A stretch of 63,006 nt of DNA, filler included, from Choristocarpus tenellus KU-1152 (Eukaryota; Protista; Phaeophyceae), in NCBI GenBank assembly GCA_964200185.2. It is 7 parts of 7 records of this genome, joined end to end, with 100 filler letters (N's around TTAATTAATTAA, not from the genome) between each part and the next. Parts side by side here need not be neighbours in the genome. Positions count along the whole stretch, not along the records: positions 48,346 to 56,065 come from CAXNAD020005688.1; positions 56,166 to 63,006 come from CAXNAD020007238.1; 5 more parts are not named here. The stretch is one strand, 5' to 3'. This document shows positions 52,801-63,006 of this stretch, piece after piece. How positions within the stretch are numbered: the stretch's first letter is position 1; every line of letters begins with the position of its first letter. A program made the position numbers and the translations under genes. The notes under the pieces were generated by a model. The model worked only from the letters and a program-made list of their open reading frames with translations, did not search any database and was not told the DNA's origin.

Positions 52801-55513
52801 AAGGGTACATAATTCTTTGACGTGTCTGGACCATGTCAACTGCCCAGTCTAATTTTTTTCTGGCATGTGCACACGATGTCCGCTTCGTATTGTACTAATC
52901 CAACTTTCGAAATCGCTTTGACAATTCCATGTAAAAATTTTAAATCCATGCAAAACTGAAAGGTCAAGTTATATGTGCATATTGGTAATAAAATACTCTT
53001 CCTAACCATCACTGGACTTTCTTGGTTCGAAGTCACGAAGGACACATCCGTATATTTTTATGTGCAATGAGAATGTCAGAAGGTACGCAGGGAAATTATT
53101 GTTATTTAATACTACATACTCGGAGTACAAGATACGAGGTACAAACAGAACAAATGGTGAATGGGGAGCAACGGTCATGACATGGCTGGCCTAAGTGTCA
53201 AAAATGTATTATTGGTTGCCCATAGGTAAAATCTTCTAACATGGCCAAGTCCACAGCTGTCGTTGCTTCGACATGACTGGGGATGTTACAGGCGACATGA
53301 CTTAATAACGGCTTCATAAACGTCATTATGACCTAGGAGCCCTAGACTTTATATATTTGTACTCCTTGACTATTTGTTTACTGTTTAGTCACTATGAGGC
53401 CACCCACTTAAAAAGAGTAGTCATCCAGTCCTTTTTTTACCCTGATGATAATCATAAAGGGGGAAATCTAAGTGAGAGATCCAACATATTTTACACCATT
53501 CATGTTGTGGAGCCTTCTACGAGCTTCATGATCCACATACAGCCTTGTGGATTGGAGCTATACGTCCCATCATGGAAAGCTAACGGAGTGTTTTGAAACT
53601 TGGAGGTTGCTTGCGAAGTCTGTTGTAACAGGGGTGCCAACCTGCAGGATACAAGTAAGTTTGAAGTTGGCCGAGTCCAAGACTGTAACTGCTCAACACA
53701 ACCGTTGCTGCTGGCTGGCCCTGTACAACCAAGTACAAACATGACTGAGTCCACAGCCATCAATTGTTTCAACATGTCTTGGCCATGGGCCAGCCAGCAA
53801 CCATATGGCTAATGGTAGACATGCTGACTGGCCAGCCCAGTAAAACGCCCTGGGAATCGGCACTTGTCCAGAGCGCCAATAAAATAGCATTGTGGATGCA
53901 CAGTAGTATGAGTCCTAGTAGCTTTGTCTGTTGTGTAATCAAATATCATCGCTGGTTCAAACGCCATCGACTGCAGAGTTCTTTTAATTTAAATCTCGTT
54001 TTTGAACGTCCAATTTCACCTGGTAACCACAACATATTGATACTGTCCTATTTGTCCGTAAGTCACAAAAACGCAACACCGAGGTATCAATTTCAAGGCC
54101 ATTCCAGCTCGAGATGTGAGGGTGGAGGCGAAGCATATAGCAGTGGGATTGACGAAACCAACACACGAGAACCAGAACATTAATGGAAGTAGCACATTTT
54201 TTTTTAGTACAGGAGTTAGGGACAGAAATTATTGCGAGAACTAGTGCAGTGTGTAGTGCCTCTAACGACAGGTAGGGATAGTCAAGAGAATAAAGTAAAT
54301 AATAATAATGATAAGAATGACAGTAAAGACAACTATAATGATAATAATATTATGTGTTAGTCATCTTCCAACTAAGGTATACCTTTTAGGTGGCATTCCT
54401 TGAGAAGATACACTTCAAGGTCTGTTATCTCACATGACATCTGCATTTGCTTGTTCAAGAAATATCGGGTGATTTGAGTGGACCTTACAAACCCCTCATT
54501 CATTTTTTTCCTGTTCACTCCTCTCTGAGTGACCTTCTGAGGGATTACTCACACCCTTGACTTTTTTCTCGCCATTCCCTTCCTCCTATAAGGTCTTCCC
54601 GTTCCCAATAATAACAATAACAATAACATTGGGCTTGTTAGATTCTTGGGATCATTTCCTACCTCCTTACTGTAGGGTGCGGGAATAGCTAGGTTGGAGG
54701 CACAGGAAAGTAGTGGTACAGCATAGCTGGTAGTAAAAATAGTAAATAAATGTTTTTCACATGGTTTCGCATTTATGACAACTGTTACTTTTTAAGGGAT
54801 TTTTCTGACATGTATATAGTTTTCGTTGTTTTTCCCCTGACGCGTCTGCAAATTGTCAGATGGCATAATAAAAATAAAAATGGGTTTCCATTGAACAGTA
54901 CAGTTTCTTAAATGGATACTGTCGACATGTTTTTCTCATCCCACTGTACCGCACACCTCTGTTATAAGAACTGGAACAACTCTACCCATAGGTAGAAAAT
55001 ATGGGACTGTCAGTGTCGGCAGGATGGGCAACAGATGTACGCACTCCCTTGGAATGAGTCTGCAGTACTATAACCGCCAGCTGAAGATATGTGTGCCTTG
55101 AGAATAAAAGACTCCCAGGTTGCTCCGACCCCTGTCAGAGCCAAATAGTTTTTGGGTACGCTTCTGTTTGTGCGTCCCATTTTCTACAGAAGAAAGAGGA
55201 GCATGAGAGAGCGATGATTTTTATTATCTTCAAAACACCAAATGTTAAAATTACATCTTGTCTTCGTTAGTGATGGGTTGACACCATCACCATAGTTCTC
55301 CATTGATACAAAGGAGCTCTCATCTGCCTGCAGTGTACTCCACCATGACACCTTCTGTTTTAAGCTTAGCTCATCAGTCAGTTTCTCGTTCAACGTATGA
55401 ATCGCCTCATGTGTCACCGCCCTATTTTCATAGGCGGCCTCTCTGAAGACAATAGACCCAGCAATCCTCAGGAGTGCCACAGCAGGGGCAAAGTCTGGCA
55501 GTGGGCGTTCCAT
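49826..55513 (-). CDS. Candidate exons of an unidentified gene
   Basis: 55352-55513 (CAG|MERPLPDF...LSLKQK|GT); a Gly/Ala/Val-rich exon ending at 50281 with G|GTAAGT; phase-compatible 49826-49920. No family recognised and linkage uncertain. Confidence 0.35.
52042..52282. repeat. Diverged dispersed repeat, copy 1
   Basis: Colinear with 54374-54607 (AAGGTATA..TTTTA, TGACATC, CTGAGTGA.CTTCTGAGGG, CCTCCTAT...TCTTCCCGTT). Confidence 0.65.
54374..54607. repeat. Diverged dispersed repeat, copy 2
   Basis: Colinear with 52042-52282. Confidence 0.65.
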
Positions 55514-55887
55514 CTGAGTCAGGAAGACCCCATCATACGAAAGGATTCAGAACTGTATCTTCTACCTTTTGTGGTCAAGTTTAAAAAGTTGTGCGTGGCA
55601 AAAGGGATTGTTTGTAGAGGTTGAGGTTAGTTTATTCTAATTGCCAGTGCCATTCTATCCTGATTTGACAGACATAACTAAAAACATTTTAAGCATCGTA
55701 AACCTTCTATGAACTGCGTGTCGATTGATCATCTAAGCTATTTTTTTGCACGTTTCAATGTAGACCACGGAGTTGTGTTCCCCTCGAGTGCTTCCTATGG
55801 CTGAAGTGGCGCATGAAGACAAATTTGTTTTCACGCGACCTATATCTCCTCTCCCTACACCGTGATCCCAACATTGGTTCGCAAAAA

Positions 55888-56047
55888 GGCTCAAAGTATC
55901 TGAGGGGGGGGGAGGGGCTACACCAAGGTGTCCATTTGGGTGTTGACCAGGAGAAGTAAAATTACATCACCCAAAAATCGTGACATGGAAAACTGGGCCC
56001 CGAATGGAGTGCTACCCGGCCCCCCCCCACCCCGCCCATCTGAAGCC
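55888..56047. mobile_element. MITE family A with internal deletion and degraded right TIR
   Basis: GGCTCAAAGTATCTGAGGGG...GTCCATTTGGG...AAAATCGTGACATG. Confidence 0.8.
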
Positions 56048-56065
56048 CTACAATGACCGCTGGGC

Positions 56066-56165
56066 NNNNNNNNNNNNNNNNNNNNNNNNNNNNNNNNNNN
56101 NNNNNNNNNTTAATTAATTAANNNNNNNNNNNNNNNNNNNNNNNNNNNNNNNNNNNNNNNNNNNN
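56066..56165. other. Artificial contig spacer
   Basis: N run with TTAATTAATTAA. Confidence 0.98.
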
Positions 56166-56183
56166 CCCCCAGATACTTTGACC
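56166..56183. mobile_element. MITE family A right TIR at contig start
   Basis: CCCCCAGATACTTTGACC. Confidence 0.65.
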
Positions 56184-58629
56184 CCTGTGTGTGGCAAGAA
56201 GTTTAGGAATGAAGTAGGTCTCTATTAGGGTTAGGGTGATAGCTTTAAACTGTTTGTTGAGGCGGGATTTGCAGAGATCTGGATAGGTTGAACCGTCCAA
56301 GGAGTTGATTGGGTGGATGGGGAACACCTTTTTTGGGGTAGATCTTGTAAGGTTGAATCTCTTCCGAGGGTCTGCCTGTCCATCTGTCCATAATAAGTCA
56401 AAGGCATGTCTAGGTACGTATGATACACCATAGGTCACTCCATCTTACCTTCGGGCGACTGCATGTGGAGGGATTCTCACGCTCATTGTTGTGATATCAT
56501 GAAAGTGTCCATGACTTGCTTGCAAATGTTCAAAGTCTACTAAGGCACAAGAAATGACTCCTTTCCACGAGTGTTTTCTCTTTATTCAAGGCATATAGGG
56601 TGGATTTTTTTTTTCACAACCCGCCACATCGCTCTCGCCACAACCAACCCTAACCCTAATGCAAATTGGTACTGGGTATTTGATATTCTTACCGGCACCC
56701 CTCACGGTTGGTTCCATTTCATTCACTCTTCCCCACCTCCTTTTTAGATTTTTACTTCCCCTCAAGAGCCTATTTGCTACCCATCTCATCACCCTTAAGC
56801 CCATTCTTCCCTTGTTTGTGTACACCCCTATAGTATCTTTGAACCTGTGCAGGCACGCAATCCATCGCAGCCTGTTCCCAAATATGCCGTAAGGTTTTGG
56901 TCTTGCTTCCCAGCCTTTGCCAACCGAGTGAGGCATTGAGCACACACTAAACACACTCTTGCAAGTAGATATCACTTCATACATATCGTGGTTATCTTTC
57001 GCTGTTTTTCTTTTGTGCCCAGTGCTTACTTAGTCTGAAGTACTTTCATACTATCTTGTTTATCTGGATCCACAGGGGCCTGTGCTGGTGACCCAAGGGG
57101 TGAAGGATCCTCTTAATGATGCTGAGGGCAGGGCAGCAATGTTTGAGTCATTGGGCCCACAAGTAGAAGTTGTTCGTCTCAATGGAGGGCACTGGTAAGG
57201 AGGAAATAAAAGCCACCCTCATCGCTTCCCCCCCCCCACACACACACTTTCACCCTCCGTCACAAAGTTTCCTCACACAAAATCAAGGTTTCTTGGGTAT
57301 ACCATACCTCTGTGGCACTACATCACGCTGTGAGTAGTGCTACTATGTATTGGCCGTGGTACACTCAAGAGTACTAGTCAATTGTATGTATGTACTAGTC
57401 AGTATACACATATGAAGTTTATATGTATCCAAATTGTGTTTTCCTAGGGCGCTTAACTTAGTCTGTAGGAATTGGTGGTGTCTTTCACGCTGGAGAAATA
57501 CTTCCCCTGGTAAGAGCACACACATTTTAATTGGTGATGTCTACACTCTTCCTAAATGCGGTCAAGAGAGCACTAGGGTTGGGCTACGGTGGGGTGCAAT
57601 CTGGTACTTCAATGCATAGAGTGTAACTGTTTGGACCTTGTTTTGTTTTTTCCTGTGAGAGACCAGCGATTGAACTGCCAGGCGACGGAGAAAGAGGGTC
57701 GTTCATGATGCATGGTGCTCAAGTTGAATGCCACGGGCAACTGTCTTGAATCGAATCTCTATGGCAATCTTGCTTGTGAATACGTTAGTATATCTTTTTT
57801 TACACCTTTTCGTTGTAGAATCCAGGTGTCCTGAAAATATGTTTCACGTTTCACTGTGCACCCAAAAAAAGGTGTCATCAACTAGGGGGTAGTTTGCTGG
57901 GAGGTTGAGAAGTGTGCAGCACATTTCACGCATTGTAATCCCACGCTGTCTGCCTTTCACTCACCCACTCCAATATTTTCTGAACGGGGGACGCTTGGTT
58001 CACTTATTGGAATGCTCGGTGTGACTCATACGTTCTCTATCTTACTTGGCGTGAGGATAGTGAAGTATTATCATCCTATCAGCATGATATTGAAGTATGG
58101 TCTCATCGCTTGCTTGGATAGTGATTGTCAGCACAAATTCGCGAGTACCCTAATTGCTGTGTGATCTTTAGACCAGTGGGGATCATATAGTCACAACAAC
58201 AGTGCACCTGTTATTGCTCAATGTTTTGTACTTTGTACTCTGGGTATTTGCACTATTATTGTTAGCACCGGGACTCGGAAAACATTAACAATACCCTCAA
58301 TGCTACTTTATTAACCTTTTCGCTTTTCTGAGAAGAGGCTTGGAAGGCAGAGGGAACAAGTAACAGGAAACATGTTGCACTATGGTGAGGTACTGCCAAT
58401 AGATAAGAGACTTTCATATTAATATGATGTTTGGAATAGATCTCCCCCCCAACTCAATCACATGCCCTTTACCCCCTCCAACCCCCACCCATACTGCTTC
58501 TGAGCTCCCTGCCTCACACCCAACTGTGTTTCTTCTATACCTCCAGCCATGCCTACAACCCTCCACACCCTTCTCCCTTCTGCCAATCCTCTGTCTCCTA
58601 AACTGCCCTTGTCAGCCCCCACCACGAAG

Positions 58630-58835
58630 TGGCTGAAGAAGTGAGCAACGCAATGTTGAAGTTTGTGACGCGAAACAACATTGGTGTTGAAGAGGTTATG
58701 CCAGTGACTGGAAGGGGTCGTTGATGAGGCCGGACAGAGGGAAGTCGAGTGGACCATGCATGGGTGGCCTGAACATTGGGCTAGGCAGCAAGCATCGAAG
58801 TTTATGCAGATTTTCTCGCCCTTCTGGTCTCCTTG
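58630..58835 (+). pseudogene. Possible LINE apurinic-endonuclease remnant
   Basis: Stop-interrupted frame ...GRTEGSRVDHAWVA resembles the SRIDYxxVS motif of APE domains; single weak motif. Confidence 0.3.
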
Positions 58836-59423
58836 TCTTGAGTCTTGTTGTATGCCATACACATGTCGTTATCCCAATTGTGTACCTGAAGATACTTCTA
58901 CCTTATATCTGTAGTATGCTGCAAGTAGTCTGAGTGGAGAAGTGATTCCATCTCTGCATCTTAATATATTCTTGCCATTGACTACTACTTCTACTACTAC
59001 TACTAATATACCTGCGGAAAGACAACTTCCCACTTTGATTGAATATTTGAATGTTTTCCTTCCTCTCTTATGTACTGTACGCAACTGGGGAATGGAAGGA
59101 ACTTTCAATAGTATGTAAGAAACTACGTTGAGTTGAAGGGAGACAAGGAATATATGTGGGTTTGCATGTGGTTCACTTGGACCTCACATCTTCACTCCAT
59201 TCAAAAAGACGCAAGAACCCAGAAAACAAACCCAAAGCACAAAAATATGATGCTTGTGCATCGGGAGCTGGAATGATACAAATAATGGAATCCTAGGGAG
59301 AGTAGGGCATTGTCCATGAGAATGATTGCTTCCTTCCTGATGAGTCACATGGAACTCAACCACTCTTCTCACAGTCAGTTACTCTGCTTGGAGTATTATG
59401 TGAGTTTCTTCAGAGGAACAGAT

Positions 59424-59681
59424 GAGTGAAAATATCTTCGAGGGTACGAGTTTTGCCCTGTTTGTACGTTTGGGGATTGGCTTCCAATGGGGTTTTTTCC
59501 GACATTTTCCTACTCAAAAAAATTTCGGAGTAGGTAAAAAGTGTACGTTATGAAAAGGTGTGTCCACAACAAGGATATTGACACTTCCTAACAAAACGAT
59601 TGCCAGAATTACATCAAAATCGTAACATTGGATTGTGACCCCCAAATGGATGCGACTCTACCCTCTAAGATACTTTGGCTC
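59424..59681. mobile_element. MITE family B, complete (258 bp) with 4-bp TSD AGAT
   Basis: AGAT|GAGTGAAAATATCTTCGAGGGTA ... TACCCTCTAAGATACTTTGGCTC|AGAT. Confidence 0.92.
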
Positions 59682-59856
59682 AGATATTTCTGAATTATGC
59701 ATAGTGTCAACCAGCAGGGACGCATGGAAAGTGTTACTCTCCATCTACTCTGTTGTAGATGTGGTTGTCGAACTCCATCGTGACTATATATATACTCCAA
59801 AGTATACTAATATGTTAATCGCATTTTCAAAAATATATCTGCTTGCAGAGGAAGAT

Positions 59857-60114
59857 GACCCAAAGTATCCTAGAGTTGTTGTTAAAGGGGTCTCAGTGAT
59901 GAATGTTTCCTGATTTGCATCTTTAGGATCCTACATCTTCCAATCCAATGATAATACATACATCTGTAAGACCTAACCTTCTGCATCTACAAGGTTCAGA
60001 TGGGGGACTTATCTGAATTTGGCCCATGAAAATGGGTTGCCAGGCACTCACGTTTAAAAGTCCCTTGAAACTAAATGGGCGTTAAGTCCACTCTCCCCTC
60101 GGATACTTTGACTC
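59857..60114. mobile_element. MITE family D (258 bp) with 4-bp TSD AGAT
   Basis: AGAT|GACCCAAAGTATCC ... GGATACTTTGACTC|AGAT; interior unlike families A and B. Confidence 0.75.
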
Positions 60115-62331
60115 AGATCCAAAGAAACAATGCAAGGGGGGGTACAGTTGTGTGGAGGAGGGATTCCAACACATTAATGGATGTCTGATACATTAACGAA
60201 GATGATGCAGTCACAGATCTCTATGCGAAAGTGTGGTGGCCTCAGCCCCCCAATATAGGTGACACTACCTCCTGAGCTTTGGGTTGGGACCTGGCCTAGG
60301 ATACCAGTCTTGATCCTGGTGGTGATACCCATTTCTTCAGTATTATGTATTAATGGTGTGTGTACAGGATTTGATTCCAATCTTTCTGGTGTGTGACTGT
60401 GTGTGAGTTGGATATATGCCCACCCTCTTTGGTTTCACCGTGCGGTCCTTGTTGCATTGGAGGTAATATATGTATGTTTTTTGGGACTCGACGGTTGGGT
60501 CTATCCTCTTTTACCATGTTGAGTTGTTTTTTTGCATTTCCTTTTCGTGTATGTTTTATTTCTGCTTTTTTTTTGTTACTTATCTTTCCATACTGTCCGT
60601 TCTTCGTACTTTTTTTGCCGCATTTCTTTATCTCCGCTTTTTTTCATAAACTTCGAAGTACGTGTTTTTTGTATTATACCACGACATTTCCTTTCTCAGC
60701 ACGGACCTGAGTTTGGGTTTATCGTATGTTGTTTGTTTCTACATGAAACATCTGCAAGTAATCAAGCATCACTGTGTCATGTGTTGAACAAATGTGTGTG
60801 TGTTTATGCGTGTGTATATTCATAAATGTATGATAAATAACTAATCAGTATTCTCAAACATCTTTTAGTGAGTTGATGTACTTCATACATATTGCATTAC
60901 GTGAGCTTGCTGGCTTTCGTGGATGGCACGCTTGACACACAAGATGAATGTGCGACAATACCAACCGTCAATAATGAAAAGAAAGTAGTATGAAAATTCA
61001 GAAAGACGTGAAAGGATGAGATGTAATCCATAATACCCATTATTATAACCACAAAGTGACACAGGAGGGTGACCCAGTCAGGTGGTGCCTTCGCATTTTG
61101 AAGGTGTCCACATGCTTCTGAGTGCCTCGCCACGATTCCTTGTCCCCCTTTTTGATGCCCTAATCAACCTCCCAAAAAGCCTTCCTCCTTGTGCCTGGCC
61201 CTTGAGCGCTAGAGTTGGTTTCTTTAGTTCATGGTCGATGTTGAGCCCCCCATCTTCTGAATATCTGCGTTGAAAAAATCACCGTTTGCTATTCTTCACA
61301 CAAACCTCCCTTAGAGTAACCAAGGGGTGGATTTGTCTCGCCATCATAACGTGTGCACACTGCAAATTATCTCCAAATAGAGAGAGTTTGACCCAGCCAG
61401 GGAGGGGCTCAGCTTCTTCCAACTTTTGACCTGTTCTTCTTTCTTTGCTGGTCTGTGAACTAGACCTCAGGCTCTGCTTCCTTCACCTTGTTTCCATCCT
61501 CGATTTTGTCTTTTTGTCATTATCATACTCTGCATGTGGGAAGGCATATCAGGAAGATGGGTCCACCCTGAAGCCTCCACAGGCTTCAGGCAGATTCATA
61601 CAGCCATGGAAATATATGTTAGTACGTAGCATTGGGGCTTTGTCATGAGTAGGGCCTCGTCCATGTACACTATAATACGAATGTGTGCTCAAAATATTAT
61701 ACAAACGCAAAATATCCAAATAATATTAAAGTTAGGAGAAAATTTCGATTACTGCTCGGTACTATTATTATGACTCCCGATTATTTCTCATATTTAAAAA
61801 GCAAATAGTTGGGTCAATTGTCATGATATACGTGTTCTTAATACTAATAGGTGGGGGTCAACAGAAGCAAACCCTACTGGGACAGTGACAACTGCAGTAC
61901 TAGCTCCTTCCAAACCGTTGTTATTTTTGCTCCACTTCTTATACAGAGATGGCCAACCCAATCCTGGCCGCTTTCTTTCCTACTTCGAGTCACTGCGATC
62001 ATCTTTTACGTCTATTTCCTGTTACTACAATGCCTCGACAAAGAAAGAGCAAGCAGGTAGGCATACTCCTCACTAATACGCCTCCAGTAGTACATTTCTT
62101 GGCACATGGTCATATCTCGATCTTACAAAGATTGCTTGCTGGTTGCTACACTTGAGGACCGCCCATTACAAGGTGGGAACCCGGTTCCACCATCACGACC
62201 GTAAACTTATCCACACACAGTGAAAGGGGGATGGCAACGTAACCAATAGTAGGCAAACTTGGGAATAATGTATGAATGTATCTATGTTTGTGTGTGCACA
62301 ATCGTTTTGTTGACAATCTTCAGTAGTAGTA

Positions 62332-62808
62332 CTCCCTCTGTTCCATAGGTCTGGGCCGTTAAGGTTTTTGTGAAGAACTTTTTCATTCCACCAAGCTGTG
62401 GTCTCATTGTACACATCTCTGTCAATGGGGATCAAGTGATCCAGAACGCCCTCAGGAGGAAATGAGAGTGACGAGTATTCAATTTAATACAAAAAACGGC
62501 AAGGAATCCAACGTAACTAACCGTGTCTTCATCGGAGGTCTGATTGAGATGTTACGACCGATTAACCATCATTTCCAGCCATTTTTGATTGGTATTCCTG
62601 TTTTTGTTAAATCTGACATTTCCGAAAAAAACGTTCGCGTTCAGAGGGTGGTTTAACCATTTCGAAATAAAATATTTTGAAGACATCTATTATGTGCAAG
62701 GAGATGTTGGCTATCGAACGATATTATTTGTAGTTTCTGAATCTTACATTTGAAAAAGGTTATTCACAAATAACATAACAAGACAGACTTATTATGGAAC
62801 AGAGGGAG
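62332..62808. mobile_element. Stowaway-like MITE (477 bp), TA TSD
   Basis: TA|CTCCCTCTGTTCCATA ... TATGGAACAGAGGGAG|TA, perfect 16-bp TIR. Confidence 0.92.
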
Positions 62809-62814
62809 TAAGAA

Positions 62815-62959
62815 GGCTCAATCTGGGCAGGGGTGACAACTGTCCATTTGGGGTCAATTTTTTAATGTCGCGATTTTGAGGTGATTTGGTTGCGAATGTC
62901 GGATGGATAATGTAAGTGCACTTCTCCTGGTTTTGACCCAAATGGACACCCTGGTGTAG

Positions 62960-62998
<39 letters not shown>

Positions 62999-63006
62999 TA
63001 CACAAC
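62815..63006. mobile_element. MITE family A (inverted) running to the window end
   Basis: Colinear with 9233-9412; ends in an expanded poly-C tract. Confidence 0.82.

Noticed and set aside
18714-56165. Recurring TTAATTAATTAA in N runs and ORFs ending X..XLIN
   Set aside because: Artificial six-frame-stop linker between contigs, not biology
56586-61640. Scattered retroelement-like peptides (RLRW, EDGGLNI)
   Set aside because: Motifs too short and interrupted to support a call without a profile search

Overview
Eukaryotic, intron-rich DNA. The window is seven contigs joined by artificial 100-nt spacers (N runs around TTAATTAATTAA), so adjacency across spacers means nothing. An axonemal dynein plus a PsbP-domain protein with a signal peptide, transit peptide and twin-Arg leader point to a flagellated alga with a complex red plastid, probably a brown alga or close ochrophyte relative (inference). 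Genes reconstructed by hand: a 34-exon fragment of a DNAH1-like inner-arm dynein heavy chain; an ABC1/UbiB-family probable pseudokinase head-to-head with a PPD2-like PsbP gene; the 3' end of a telobox (TRF-like) Myb gene with (TTAGGG)4 in its own intron; a purple acid phosphatase; a GSDH/HIPL-like pseudogene; and a MYB-CC (PHR1/PSR1-like) transcription factor. Non-coding DNA is dominated by DNA transposons: four related MITE families with AAAGTA-type TIRs and 4-bp TSDs (Sola-like), a fifth family at contig ends, and a Stowaway-type mariner set (dead transposase copy, deletion-derivative MITE, probable excision footprints). I cannot demonstrate a wholly new biological system. The best leads are the telomeric repeat inside the telomere-binding-protein gene, the pseudokinase/PsbP divergent pair and the two transposon systems.
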